The notes beneath the pieces are model-generated. The model was given only the letters and a program-made list of their open reading frames with translations, did not search any database and was not told where the DNA came from. A stretch of DNA of 64,000 nucleotides from Spongospora subterranea f. sp. subterranea. Its lineage: Eukaryota. A program made the translations under genes and the position numbers. Shown here one piece after another: positions 49,663-62,500 of this stretch. The stretch spans positions 62,001 through 126,000 of the forward strand of contig JAUGWO010000115.1 in assembly GCA_049724395.1 (NCBI GenBank). Reading direction: 5' to 3'. How positions within the stretch are numbered: position 1 is the stretch's first letter; each line of letters starts with the position of its first letter.

Positions 49663-52600
49663 TCCCACAATGCCATCTATGAAAAGACTGAAAGAGAGTC
49701 AAAAGAGCCTCTGGAAAACCCCGTCAGTCGTATCAGGTACCCGGATTATGTTTCTCATAAAGTGGGGATCCCCACTCTGGTGACTTCCCAATTCTCCAAA
49801 TACACCCCTTGGTTGGGCGTCGTGCGGTTGAGCAATCCTGATGGTACTCGGAGTCGTGAAGGACAGCGAAGAAGCCATTGAAGGACGGCGTGTTCGCATA
49901 TCCATGGTAGCGAATAGGAAGAGCCTGATGGTACTCGGAGTCTCAGCGAATCAGCTCATTGCGAAAGTCGTGCACGCCACTGGACCTGTGGGCGCCGGTG
50001 GGCTAGAACACGATGAGTTGTTCTTGTTTTGGAGGGATCTTCAGAGTGAGCGAGGTGACTCGTCAGAATTCGTGAATATATGTGTGAAAACTATGCAAGA
50101 AGCCATTGAAGGACGGCGTGTTCTGTCATATCCATGGTATGCGCTGGTGAACACAATCTCGTTTCTGTCATTTCGTCTTCCAATCCGATCCATATCATCT
50201 AACCTTCGTCAGACACTTCAAGGTATCTTAAATTCTACGCTTATTTGGAATGACATCACGAATATCTTTATATTTTGGCATCCGCTTTCTTAACGGGGGA
50301 TTATTGCCCGAATGATATTGGATAATCAGGTTGTTGCTCAAACGTGCCGTTTCTAATCTACTGCGCCTTCAGAAATTAAATCTGCACGGTATGACCGCGG
50401 GGTCTTTTCCGCTGCCGACGAGGTCATTCGTACTCTACATAAACGGTTCATCGAAGATGATTCGGCTATCGAAACCCTGCTAATTCAGATGTCGACTCTG
50501 TATTCGGCGCAGGAGCTCACTGCATTGACAGACCTTTTGCATTTTCCATCGTTCGACGGAAGTAAAGTGTCTGGTGGTGAGCTCTCGTTTATTTATTCTC
50601 ATATCGTGTAAGGGATTCTACATGCTCAAAGAGGAAGCTAATCCTTTACTCTTAGGAATTGTGCACTATCAAGCTCGGAAGTTTGTTATGAAGTTTTGGA
50701 AAAGACATTAAACATGTTCGTTACGTTACCGCAGACGTTGAAGTTAAGTTCTATGTTGGCTGAAACTAAGCTGTTGTCTCTCCTTCACTTGATTTCGGTA
50801 AATCAAGCCATTGTCCCCTGCGATTGACTTCAACAGTTTACTTAGGAGCTGATCATCCGACGGCCAAACTGTTTGAAAAGCCTAAAGCAACGAGTTTTGA
50901 AAGTTTTGAGGCCGTTTTTGCTGTGGCCTTTGCCGTTTAGTAACTGTTGTCGAAAAGTCGTGTTCCTTATACAGCAAGAAGTACGTTCTGTATGAATCTA
51001 GTACCAATTTGTCGAACCTTTATATTCCTTAGTCTCTGTCAACCGGAATCAATATGATAGAGCGGGTGATGGACGAATCTCGCGCATCAGTTATTAGCAT
51101 GGCGTTTAACAATCAAAATCAGTCGAAGTCCATCCCAATTTTCTACGTTATGGACAGCTCTTCCTTGACGTCCAGTAACGCATATAAAACTATGGCGATG
51201 ATGGACTTTGATGGAGCGGAGGAGGTAACAATGTTTTTACCAGTTCGACGAATTACTCACATGGTCTCAGAGAGGGACCTTGGAGAATCTTTGCCAAGAG
51301 CTTTCATTGCGTGATAAGGCGATGTTTATCATGTTCATGATCAGAACTCACTTAGGAGCCGAACCAGCGGACATTCGTTCCGTCCAATCTTGCCATCGGG
51401 AAGCATTCGATCATGCATTTTATGAAATGCTTTCCATTGCTAAAGATGTGTCGTAGCCCCATTTGATCAGTTTTTCAAATTCTTACCTTTGATTTCAGGC
51501 TGGTCATGAAGTTTCACCTGACGTTGACGGGCTCATCGATAGAATCGTCGCGGTGCGCAATTTTCTGCATTCTCAGGCAGATGACAGTGGTGATAATATC
51601 CAAAATTTCGGAGACGAGACCGTTGACCTTACATGTGACTTCGTCCCCTGTTTATCGCAATTTATGCATGTTGCTTGTATTGAGCCGCTATGGTACCGAC
51701 TGCAACCAAAAAGCAAGCAAAGCGCCTCTGCGAACAATAGGTTTCCTGTGACACCTATGGCCAAACGATTACGTCTGCTGTTCCAACGATACCAATCAGG
51801 TGGATCGTGTTTCCCCATGTTCATCGCCCCGTGGCAGCCATTGTCTAACTTTCTAAATTTCAGCTGCCAGCCTAGAAAGCCCTGTTGTATTGCATCTTGT
51901 ATGCTGTGGCTCTGATCGGTTAATGCATAGCATCATATGCGGTTATCTCTCAATTTTGTCAGTGTGCATTATCCGTCGTTTAAAGACGCATCCACTGACT
52001 TTCCTGTCAGAGCTGATGATCCTGACGCTGTAAAAGGCATTGATATCAGATGGTACGAATCGTGCGTGTATAATGATATCAGGCCTTTTTATATCTCGTT
52101 TTGTAGGTACATAGTCCCAATGGATGACAACCTTCTGGCGTCTTTCATTGCTCGCCGCGACGGCTGGTATTCGTACGTACTGTCTTATTATGAATATCTC
52201 GTTCCTGACCCTCATAGACGTCACATATATACCCCGTTCCGCGCTCGTCCATTTCTGTTGCCATATTTAGTCTCCCCTGAGATTGAATTCCCGCCTGGTC
52301 GAAGCTCAGTCGACTTTCCTGTCCGGTCTCGCATCGACACTTTTTTCGAACTCCTAATTTTATTTAGATCCCTCCTGGAGCGTTTTTGCGAGAAGCTGTT
52401 GAAAATTATGTTCGAGAATCATCGGAGGTCATGCCCGTTTATATTTACAAGATTGAGTGCTGGGAAGGCCTAGAGAGTTCTGATGGCCCAGACCAAGTCA
52501 TTCCTCTTTTGGCAAGATTGGAAATTAGTGTCAGGTCGTAATGCTATGCTACATTGGCTATATAAGAGCGTTTCTGAAAGTCATGTGGCACTAGGGTTGA

Positions 52601-53190
52601 GGCAAGGCATTTTCAGAAAGTTCAACAAGATTCAAGAAAATTGTCAGAAATTATCAAATCGGTACGTTGTGGTGAATGGCGATAATGTGATTGGTTTAGC
52701 CACTCAAGATAGCTTGTTAGGTTAACCTAGCGCAGCCACAACTGCAGCTCCAATATACGAAAATGAACATGTCCGGTTATCTAACACAATCTGTCAATCT
52801 GCAGTCAGTACTTTACGATGGGATCGTGTTGGCGAATTTACCTATTGCGAAAGATCCATGCTTTCCAGCAGATCCTCGTGAGAAGGTTGGCATGAATGGG
52901 CAACTCATGACTATATCTGATTCGGTTTATCCAAGTGGTTAGAAATGTACGCTCAAGCTCATGGACCTCTCAATACAAGCTCATCCAACTCAGCAACCAA
53001 GAAAGGGAAGTTGTCTGGTTCTTCATTTGGAGAATTAAGGTGTCGAGTTGGCGTTGTCGATATCACGGCTGACTCCGCCTTCAGCATTTTGGTTGATAAC
53101 AGCTTGTTCGGACCGTTTTCGCGTATCGCTGTGAGCGCTGAAGACGTGATTTTACCTATCCGGACGCTTTTTCCAATCAGAAAATTTTAA
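49663..53190 (+). pseudogene. Decayed long, apparently intronless ORF of unknown (possibly viral) origin
   Basis: ORFs 51553-51915, 51937-52473, 52483-52725 and 52945-53190 share one frame, separated by isolated stops. 49841-~50830 likewise reads through sparse stops in one frame. Confidence 0.55.
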
Positions 53191-53594
53191 TCTATCAATG
53201 CCACTATAACGAACCTTTTAATTTCGGCTAACTGTCTCAGAATTTGCCATTATAATATAGGTAGTACTGTAGAATTGTTATGCTTCAGCTAGCACATCTC
53301 TACCTCAACGTTAGCATCTATAACATCTCGATCGTAGTGATTTTAGTTACTGCTCCGCTTGCCGAATTTCAAAGTGTTTTTATTGACTATGTCTTGAGTA
53401 CACGCCCCTCAGCTCGCCCGTGCAGGTTCCTTTCTACAGTCCAATTGTCATGGATCGATCTTGTCGGGTACCAGGCCACAAAATGGTTCACAAAACCCTT
53501 GTCATGCTGTCACAATCGCCTAGGTTAACTTTGTTCTGCAAGCACTACCGACCGTACCAAAAAAGAAATCATCAGACAATTGGGAGCCGCCGTT

Positions 53595-56500
53595 ATGGCG
53601 ATGGGACTGCCAAATGGCTCTGGTTTGACTTTGATATTTGTCCTACTTTCCTCATGTGTGCTGTCGCAAACGCCTTCAGTGACTACAAAAGCGGTATGGT
53701 CATCCATACTCGTCAAATGGATGATGACATGTCAGTTTAGGCGGTAACAACAACGTACATGGCGACAACGCAAGCGGTAACAACACACCCGGTGACAACG
53801 CCAGCGGTAACAACACACCCGGTGACAACTCAAGCGGTAACAACACACCCGGTGACAACGCAAGCGGCGGTGACAACGCCAGCGGTAACAACACACCCGG
53901 TGACAACTCAAGCGGTAACAACACACCCGGTGACAACGCAAGCGGTAACAACACACCCGGTGACAACGCAAGCGGTAACAACACACCCGGGTGACAACGC
54001 CAGCGGTAACAACACACCCGGTGACAACTCAAGCGGTAACAACACACCCGGTGACAACTCAAGCGGTAACAACACACCCGGTGACAACGCAAGCGGTAAC
54101 AACACACCCGGTGACAACGCCAGCGGTAACAACACACCCGGTGACAACGCCAGCGGTAACAACACACCCGGTGACAACGCAAGCGGTAACAACAATCACA
54201 GCTACTACGCAAGCTGCCACGAGCCAGATAGTAACTACTTCGTCAGGGCCAAGCCCAGGCGATTACTGGTCAAGCAAATTTGACAACTACTTTGATGGCG
54301 CTGACTTGATGAACAGGCACTCGATCTTGATGGCATCAGGCGATAGTCCCCCAGCAGCAACCGACATTCAAGTTTATACTGTACCCGGAAGGCATGTGGC
54401 ACCGTTTGGCGTCTCCTACTATTCAAGCAATCAATACCTTGGGTTTGTCCTGTCCGGTGATGACGACTACATTGGCATTGATATAGCGTTCGACACTAAT
54501 GTATCTATTCAAGACACGAGCTTTTGTGATGCTGATTACTTCTCGGTTGTATATGTGGAGGATAACCCTCAATGTTCATCGCAAGGTACATGGGTGACAA
54601 ACGGATACGCTAATCACCTTTGTGGAGAAGGTGGAGCTTCTGTACATGATCAAAATGGGGTTTTCAGCACCACTGATCTATCAGCCAATATGATCCGAAC
54701 ATATGCTCATGACGTCATGATCATATTTCGTTCCGATTATTATAGCGAAAGATCAGGGTTCTCCTTTACGTGGACAACCTTCAATGATTCGATGACGCCA
54801 ACCTGTGCGAAAGGTGCTCTGCAAGCGAGAACAACTACACAACAGGGGAACAATGGCGGATCTCAGATTACCTATGATGGAGTTGACCAGCCCCCTGATC
54901 CAATTCAGACTTTCACCGCCTTATCCGGCTCAATCACCCACTTCAATTATGCAAACAGTGAATCACTAACATGGCGTTTGACCATTCCACAGAACACTCC
55001 TTTCGAACATCCAACGCTCAAGATAATATTCAACTCGACCTTTGATGTAGAGGCGTCTTCAACATGCTCTTACGATTACGTGCGACTTTTAACATTGAAA
55101 AAGTGCATTAATCCGGACGATGGATCAGTGTTGGTGCAAAAATGGAGCGCGCTTTCGCCAGCTCTCTGTGGCCAAAGCGACACCATGCACTCGCCCTCAG
55201 CAGAGATCGATCTAGCAGATCGAGTATGGACATCGACAGACGGCAATGATGTTGATCTCTATTTCCATTCGGATTCCAGTGTGACTAAAGGTGGATTTTC
55301 GGTCTATTGGGAAGTCGTCGGAATGGAATCGAATCCGTGCGACGCACAAGGATCTGAATCCGATCCCAATCAAGGCGGATCATCGCCGCAATCATCCCCA
55401 GGTTGCCGTCAATTAACCCAGACCGAATACAATTTCCTAACCCAGCAATACGCTTATGGTACGAGCGGGTTCACTGTCTCATCGCCATCCCATTGGGGGT
55501 CTTTCCAGAACTGGTGGTCCATTCGCCAATCATATTCAGGATATATCGGTAAAGTGTCAATCTCATTACTGGATCTGGGAATGGGGACAGGAGGTTCAGA
55601 CGGCTGCCTTCCAGGGCAATATCTGCAGATTGGCTATCTGGACTCAACCAGTAATTACTGCCCTGTCGCCACCCTTTGCGGTTCAACCGTATCCACAGGC
55701 GGATCGTATATCGACCAGACCGGGGCACAGTACTGGACGACACAATCGTGGCAAATGGCGTCGGATACGGTCATCATCAAGTGGATCAGCGACAGCTATT
55801 ACACGGCCGGGTTATCGGTGGAGGTGTCGTTTGAGGAAGTGGAGACCTATCCGACCGGACACAATCTCAAGGCTCTAACGGCGACGTCAATGCAGATTGA
55901 CATCGCCCACGACTTCACCATCTCCTCGGTGCCGACCCTGTTCTCGCCATCGTCGCAACTGGCCTGGATATTGACGGCCCCAACCCAATACTCGTCCAAT
56001 GCCGTTTTCCGTTTGAGGATCCAGTCGATGTACACAGATACGAGTTATGGGTCATGGAGCGGTGGCTATATGTATCAGGAATGTCTCTCGTCCTTCAGCA
56101 CCATCCACGTTTACCAGTTCAAGGCGTCCAGCACTCAATGGCAGAACGACTATCGTCTGTGTGGACAGCCGTCGAACTCCACACCGTATTATGATGGATT
56201 TGGATTATCGCACGTCCTTAACGAGGAACACCTCAGCGATCTAAACTCCCCCGCCTTCATGATCGTCTACCAACAAAGCGGGTACTCCTCGACGCCGCCC
56301 GTGTTCAAAGCCACTCTGGATATCGTTCTCCCATCGATCACGGCCATCCAGAACGTATCGACGCCGATATTCGCTCCAATCGGGGTCTCCACCACAATCG
56401 ACATGTCGACGTTCCAGTCGTATTTCACCGATTGCCCCAATTGTTTCGACCCGATCCCAACTTGGGCCGTTCAGCGCCTGAACCGATCTGCCGTCCCATC

Positions 56501-59500
56501 GTACATGACCGCCGCAATCGGGAAGACCAACACGTATTCGTTGACGATAAACCCGCCCAATAATCTCATGCCGACCAGTTTCAAGATCCGCATCATCGCC
56601 ACGAACAAGTTCGGGCTATCGGATTGGATCGCGGCCGATGTCAATCTGATCAAGCTGGACGGTGCCGATGCGACATCGGTGATGACCTGCGTCACATCCG
56701 AGTTGTATATCCCTGCATCACAAACAGGAACACCACCACCTCTTGATTGTCAGTTCATTCCACGACGAGCGAACAACCCTGTTCTGGTCGATATCAGCGC
56801 ATTACAGCTGTCGGTGACCGGTTCTGGGTATATCGATCAGGCTGTTGGATCACATGGGGTATGATCGGGTCTAGACGGTCAGGATCTGCTAATCAACCGA
56901 TTGTGTGTGTGTGTGTGTGTGTGTTTGCAGCTGTATGGTAATTCGGCCACATTCCATTATATTGGGGTCCAGACCGGAGGGGTCGGCAAGATAACAGAGT
57001 CGACAACTAACGCCACATTCACCATCACGATGTATAAAGAACCCGACGCCGCCTCGACAACTCTAACATGTTCGCCCCTTATTCTCCAACCGAATCAGGT
57101 CCGTTCATTATTCCCATATTCCCCTTGTTCCTTCCTCCAATGACCATCAACCGTTTAGCCATTCAATTGTACAATTGTCACCAAGAACAAACAGACCGTA
57201 TCGTTCAAGAGCCGATTCGGTCCCCCTGGCCAGATTGCATTCTTCAACTTGTCCGTTTCGGTAGGGGTGAAGTTTCGCGTTCAATTTCTACGATTGAGCT
57301 GAACGGCTGTTGTCAGCCATCTCGTCCATTTCATGCCGGACCAGTTACCCCAACGATCGGATCAGCGTTCTCCCAACGCATCACGTCCGGTTTCGCACAG
57401 ATCGGTCAATACGCGATTCGCGCCCGTTATGTCAACGACCAGAACGGGGGATGGGAATCGGCTGATTCAGCGACGGTCAACGTGATTGGGGTCCCCGATG
57501 CCTCGTCGCGCTTCCTGTGCTACGATTCGGCGGAATCGCCCCGAACGTCGTTGAACCTCCTTTCTGGGAGTAAATCCCTGAAATGTGAAGTGACTCCTAG
57601 ACATCTTGGGTCGTCCATTCCAGCATTATCGTCGTATTTCAGATTTCAGACGTCCCCCGCCAGACAGAGCGCCATCGTGTTCGGGAATTTCTCGTCGACG
57701 GTCGGGTTGGTGATTCCGTTCCAGATCAACGCCACGGCGATCGTGAATACGACCTCGATCGCGATCGACATGTATGTGAATAATGTGAAATGGACCGCCC
57801 CCGCCTTCCAGCTGCAGATCGTCCCGGCGCCATCCAAGACCGTGCTCACGTGCGATAATAAGGTGCTGAAGAACCGCACCATCGCCTGCACCATCGCCGT
57901 CACCAAACCAACGTTGGGATCGGCGTTCACGATCACGAAGGACAGTAAACAGGGGCTGTTGACACCGTTATTGACCGAACGTGGCGATGGTCTGTACAAT
58001 CAGTCGCTGAAGTTCAAGTTCTCATTTCTGCCAATGGATATCGTATCGGCAATGGTTCAGCTATCGGATGGGTTCAGTAAGTTCACGACCTATATCTACG
58101 CCGTTCCCACCAACGCCTCGACCGTATCCTGTTCTAATAACGGGTCAGAACAGAACCGCATTTGGTCAATCGGCTCCCTGATAGCGTTTGTTGATCAGGA
58201 TTGTTATCCGCGGTGGAAGTTTAGATTGCACGATCGCTCCTAGGATAATGGTCGGTTCCGCTCCTAAACCAGTCTACGCCAGCCCGGGCGCGTTCACAGT
58301 GAAATCATCTGGCGGGACGGTGGCGATGGCCAGCGATTCACCTGGCACAATCGCCGTCACCAAGTTCACCATCAATTTCGTGGCCTCTGTGTCCGGTTCA
58401 GGCGGTGGTCTCATACCGATCACCACAACCGGCCCGATCACAATATCGGTTGGGTTCCCCGATTCGCCATCGACACCACCGATCAAGACCGTCATCACCG
58501 TTGTCGATAATCCAACTCTGTTCTCGATCGTGACGTGTTCTCAGACCACCAACGCCCCAGCGTTATCTCCCGTTCTTTGTTCGATCGCGCCCCAGAACTC
58601 GGCCCAGGTCCCGGTCTTCGCGGCGGCGTCGTCCTTCTCGCCGTATGTCGATCTGGACCCGGTCTCGTTGGACAACACGTCGCTGGCGTCGATCAGCGAT
58701 GTGACCCCGTTCGCTGGCAATATCGTTTACTTCACGGTGACACCGTTGAGGGCGTGGCAAACCATCACGGTTCGTACCGTTCTGGGAACAATACCGGTCA
58801 CGATCCAGACGATTGGCCAATCGACATCATCATCATGGAGTGGAACCGATTCGTCCGATGCCCAATTATCGGTATTGGGTCGGGATTCGTCATCGGATAC
58901 GGCAACGGTCCCCGCGTTCCTCTATCCGGTTCTGGCCAAATCCAGTATTGTGTCGATGTCGTGCTCGTCCCGGTCAGTAGTCGATATATCAGTGCGGCTC
59001 TAATGTAAATGGCGCCATTCATGATCTCTCATCTGTATCAGGTTCTGTGCTGTTGTCACATCCGGTGGCGCATTGACCACATTCGGTCCCTATTCAATCA
59101 ACGACCCCAGTTCCAAAGTCTATCTGGGTCGCGATATCGGCTCCTCAATGCCGACCAGCCCCAATCTCGTCCAAGGAATGTTCTTCAGGTCGGTTGGGAT
59201 TCTCGGATACGTGGTCGATGACGAATCCGACCTGAGCACATTCGCGTTGACCACATCGGGTAAGTTATACAACTGGGGAAAAGACACAGATTACAATAAC
59301 ATATATCCTCCAACACTGGAAACCAAATCATCATCTCTGAAATGCGGCACCAAATCCGCTTCCGTTGTAGCCATTAGTAATTCTGCTCCTGTAAGAACAT
59401 TCATTGGCTCATATCCCTTGTCGTCCGCTTTTGTCGGTTGTGGTGTGTTGTTTATCGCGTTTGTTGAGAGACTGATATGGCGATATTCTGACGATATTGT

Positions 59501-62500
59501 GGTGTCTGTGTGTGTTGAACAGGTGTTTATATTCGCCACAGCCTGTGAGGTCTATACGAAATCGGTATCGGATATGGTGCCGGTCGGGCGTCCTGGCAAC
59601 GCCCTCGAATTCCAGAAGGTGACGATCCCGCTGTCGGATCTGGGTCTGGGCGTGACGACCTTATTGGCCACGTCGACCTATTCGATAATGGTGTTCGGTG
59701 GCGTATCTGTCTACTCATTCGGTGATGGATTATCTGCCACCGAAATGCCATCCAGTAATCAGGATACCAGCGCCTATCCCATTCCCCAATCCGTCCTCAA
59801 ATCCAGTAAAATCGCCGATATTCAAGGTCGGTTCCCTGATCTTCGAACGCCATTCGCTGTCTGTTCCACCGTCGCTCGTGATCTAATGTCGTTCTTGCGC
59901 TGAAGGTAATTCCAAGATCGTGTTGCTGTTGACCACCGATGGCCGTCTATCCTCGCTGGACCTGTCGTTCAAAGACTCGCCAGGGCAATGGACCCCCGTC
60001 GATTTCACTCAGCTGGCGCTGGACGACAGTGTCGTGGTGCAATCGATCTCGCTAGCGCCATATGCCAATGGGTATCAGAGTGGGGGTGTTGCCCTGGCCG
60101 GTCTGACCAACGGCCGTATATTATCGTGGGACCCGACCAATGGCGATCCACAATACGTGACCGGCGGCACCACCCTTGGCTATTCGACCAACTTCCTCTA
60201 CAGCTCCGTCTACAACAAGTTCGTGTCGGGCGATCCGGCCACCGTCCTCCTCAGTAATTCCTACACCGATGTCGGATGTGGCCAGTCGTCCCGCCAATGC
60301 GGATCGTTGGAGTTGGCGTTAAGTCAGTTCACCAAAGACGGTGCGACGATCCTGTTGGCCCCTGGGGTCTATAACGTCACCGCATCGTCTGGAATAACGA
60401 TTTCGGCCAATGATATCCGGATTCAGTCGACGACGAAGGACCCTAATCAGGTCTCCATTGTCTGCACCACCAAGACCGGCTCGTGCATATCGGCAACGGG
60501 ATCGTTCTTCGCCATGCGAGGGATCACGATGAGGGGTGCCAATGTCAACGGCACCGGTGGTGTTATATCGGTATCGGGCAGGACATACGCCTCCTTCACC
60601 GACATGAAGTTTCAGGATAATCGCGCTAATGAAGGCGGTGCGATATATGTTCAATCCGGATCAGCCACGGTTTCCATCAATCGCTGCACGTTCACACGAA
60701 ACACGGCCAATCGTAGCGGTGGTGCGATGTCGATTGCCAAAGGCGCCAAGGTTCAGATCACATCCAGCGTGTTCAGCTCCAATTCAGCTGCCCAAGATGG
60801 TGGCGCCTTATTGATCACAACGGCAACCGTTAACGCCATATCGTCCAATTTCACATCCAATTCAGCGACGGGATCAGGAGGAGCTATCTCGCTCATGACC
60901 ACGTCAACGTTCACGGGGACGTCAATTCAGGTGAAGAAGAACGGTGCCGGTGCCAATGGTGGCGCTATGCATGTTGTGGAATCCGACGCCAATATCTACT
61001 CGTCGACGATCACGTCGAACACGGCGAAGGCGATCGGAGGAGTGTTCAATATCCAGTTCGGCGGGCTGTCGGTGGTGTCGTCAACGGTGAATAAGAACCA
61101 GGCGGGGACGTTAGGTGGTGTCGTCTATTGTATCACTGGACGACCTGTCAAGTTGACATCGTCGACGTTGAACCTGAACATGGCGTCGTCGGGTGGTGGT
61201 GTGATATTCTCCACATTCTGTTCCACGACCGTCACCGATTCCCAAATACAATTCAATAACGCCCCGATGGGCGGCGCTGCACTGATCGGGTCGGTCCCCT
61301 GTCGGTTGTCGTATTATCCCCCCGATTGCTGAACGAGTGTGTCCAGTGCCGAGGCGATATCGACCTTCACTCGCACCGTCTTCCTGGGTAATAACGCGAC
61401 CGACGTGCTGGACGGCGGCGGTGGCGCCATCTCCTTCCGTGGATCGACCGCCATCGCCATCGCCAACTGCTCATTCGTCGCCAACGTCGCCCAACGTCGC
61501 GGTGGCGCTCTTGAGTTCCAGGGCAGCAAGTTCACGTTCTCGTTCCAGAATCTGGACGCGACCCGTAATTCAGCCCCATCTGGTGGTGTCTGGTATTTCG
61601 ACCTGATGCCGCCACCGAAATCGGGCTGGATATCGACCATCGGGAACACAGCCAAACACGGTCCAATATGGGCGTCGAGAGCCCAAAGTCTATATTGGGA
61701 GGTGCGTTTATCGCCATCATATCAGCCATCGTCCGACGTCAATTTCCACTATCCGATCGGGGTGTCGTTGAGGGATTATTACCAGCAGATCGTGGCCGTT
61801 GATAATTCGACAACGGTGACGATGGCCGGTGCCGATGGCGCCACGAACATCATCGGGAAAGCGGATGGTATTCTGAAGGAGGGTGTCTATATCTGGTCGA
61901 ACGGGAGTGTCGGCGCCGCTCGTGGCCCGAATTCCCCGAGCAATATCACGGTGTCGTCGTTCGTCACCGACGTTGGTCTGTTGCAGACTGGTCGATTGGG
62001 GTTCGTGTTCCGGGAATGTCATCAAGGGGAGTTTATCGATAACCATATTCGCTGTACGACATGTAATCCTGGATCATATAGTCTTCATAATGTAAGAGCC
62101 CCATCGCCATCACCATTGCCCCTTCCTGTTTTCGAATCCGCTAACTCAATTGCCATATCACACTCCAACCCCCGATCATCGCCCCCGAATCAATCGATCG
62201 TCCCATTGACAGTGATTGTGTTCTGTAGTCGTCATCAATCTGCTCGTTATGTCCTCGTGGAATGTATCAAGACGGCAATGGCCAGACCGGGTGTAAACCA
62301 TGCGCCCCTGGTAATTACAGTTCGGTCCCTGGAATGTCTGATTGCACCCCGGCCGCTCCAGGGTTCTATCAGCCCCTATCGCAACAGGCCGACGCCCTTC
62401 CATGTTGGACCAACACGGTCTCAAACGACACCCTCATATCCCAACTCACATGTTATTGTAAAAAGGAGTATATTCGTGATGATAATCCCGATTATGGTAC

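Noticed and set aside
53700..54212. Cys/Arg-rich and Leu/Pro-rich minus-strand ORFs
   Set aside because: Antisense shadows of the 30-bp Thr-rich minisatellite.
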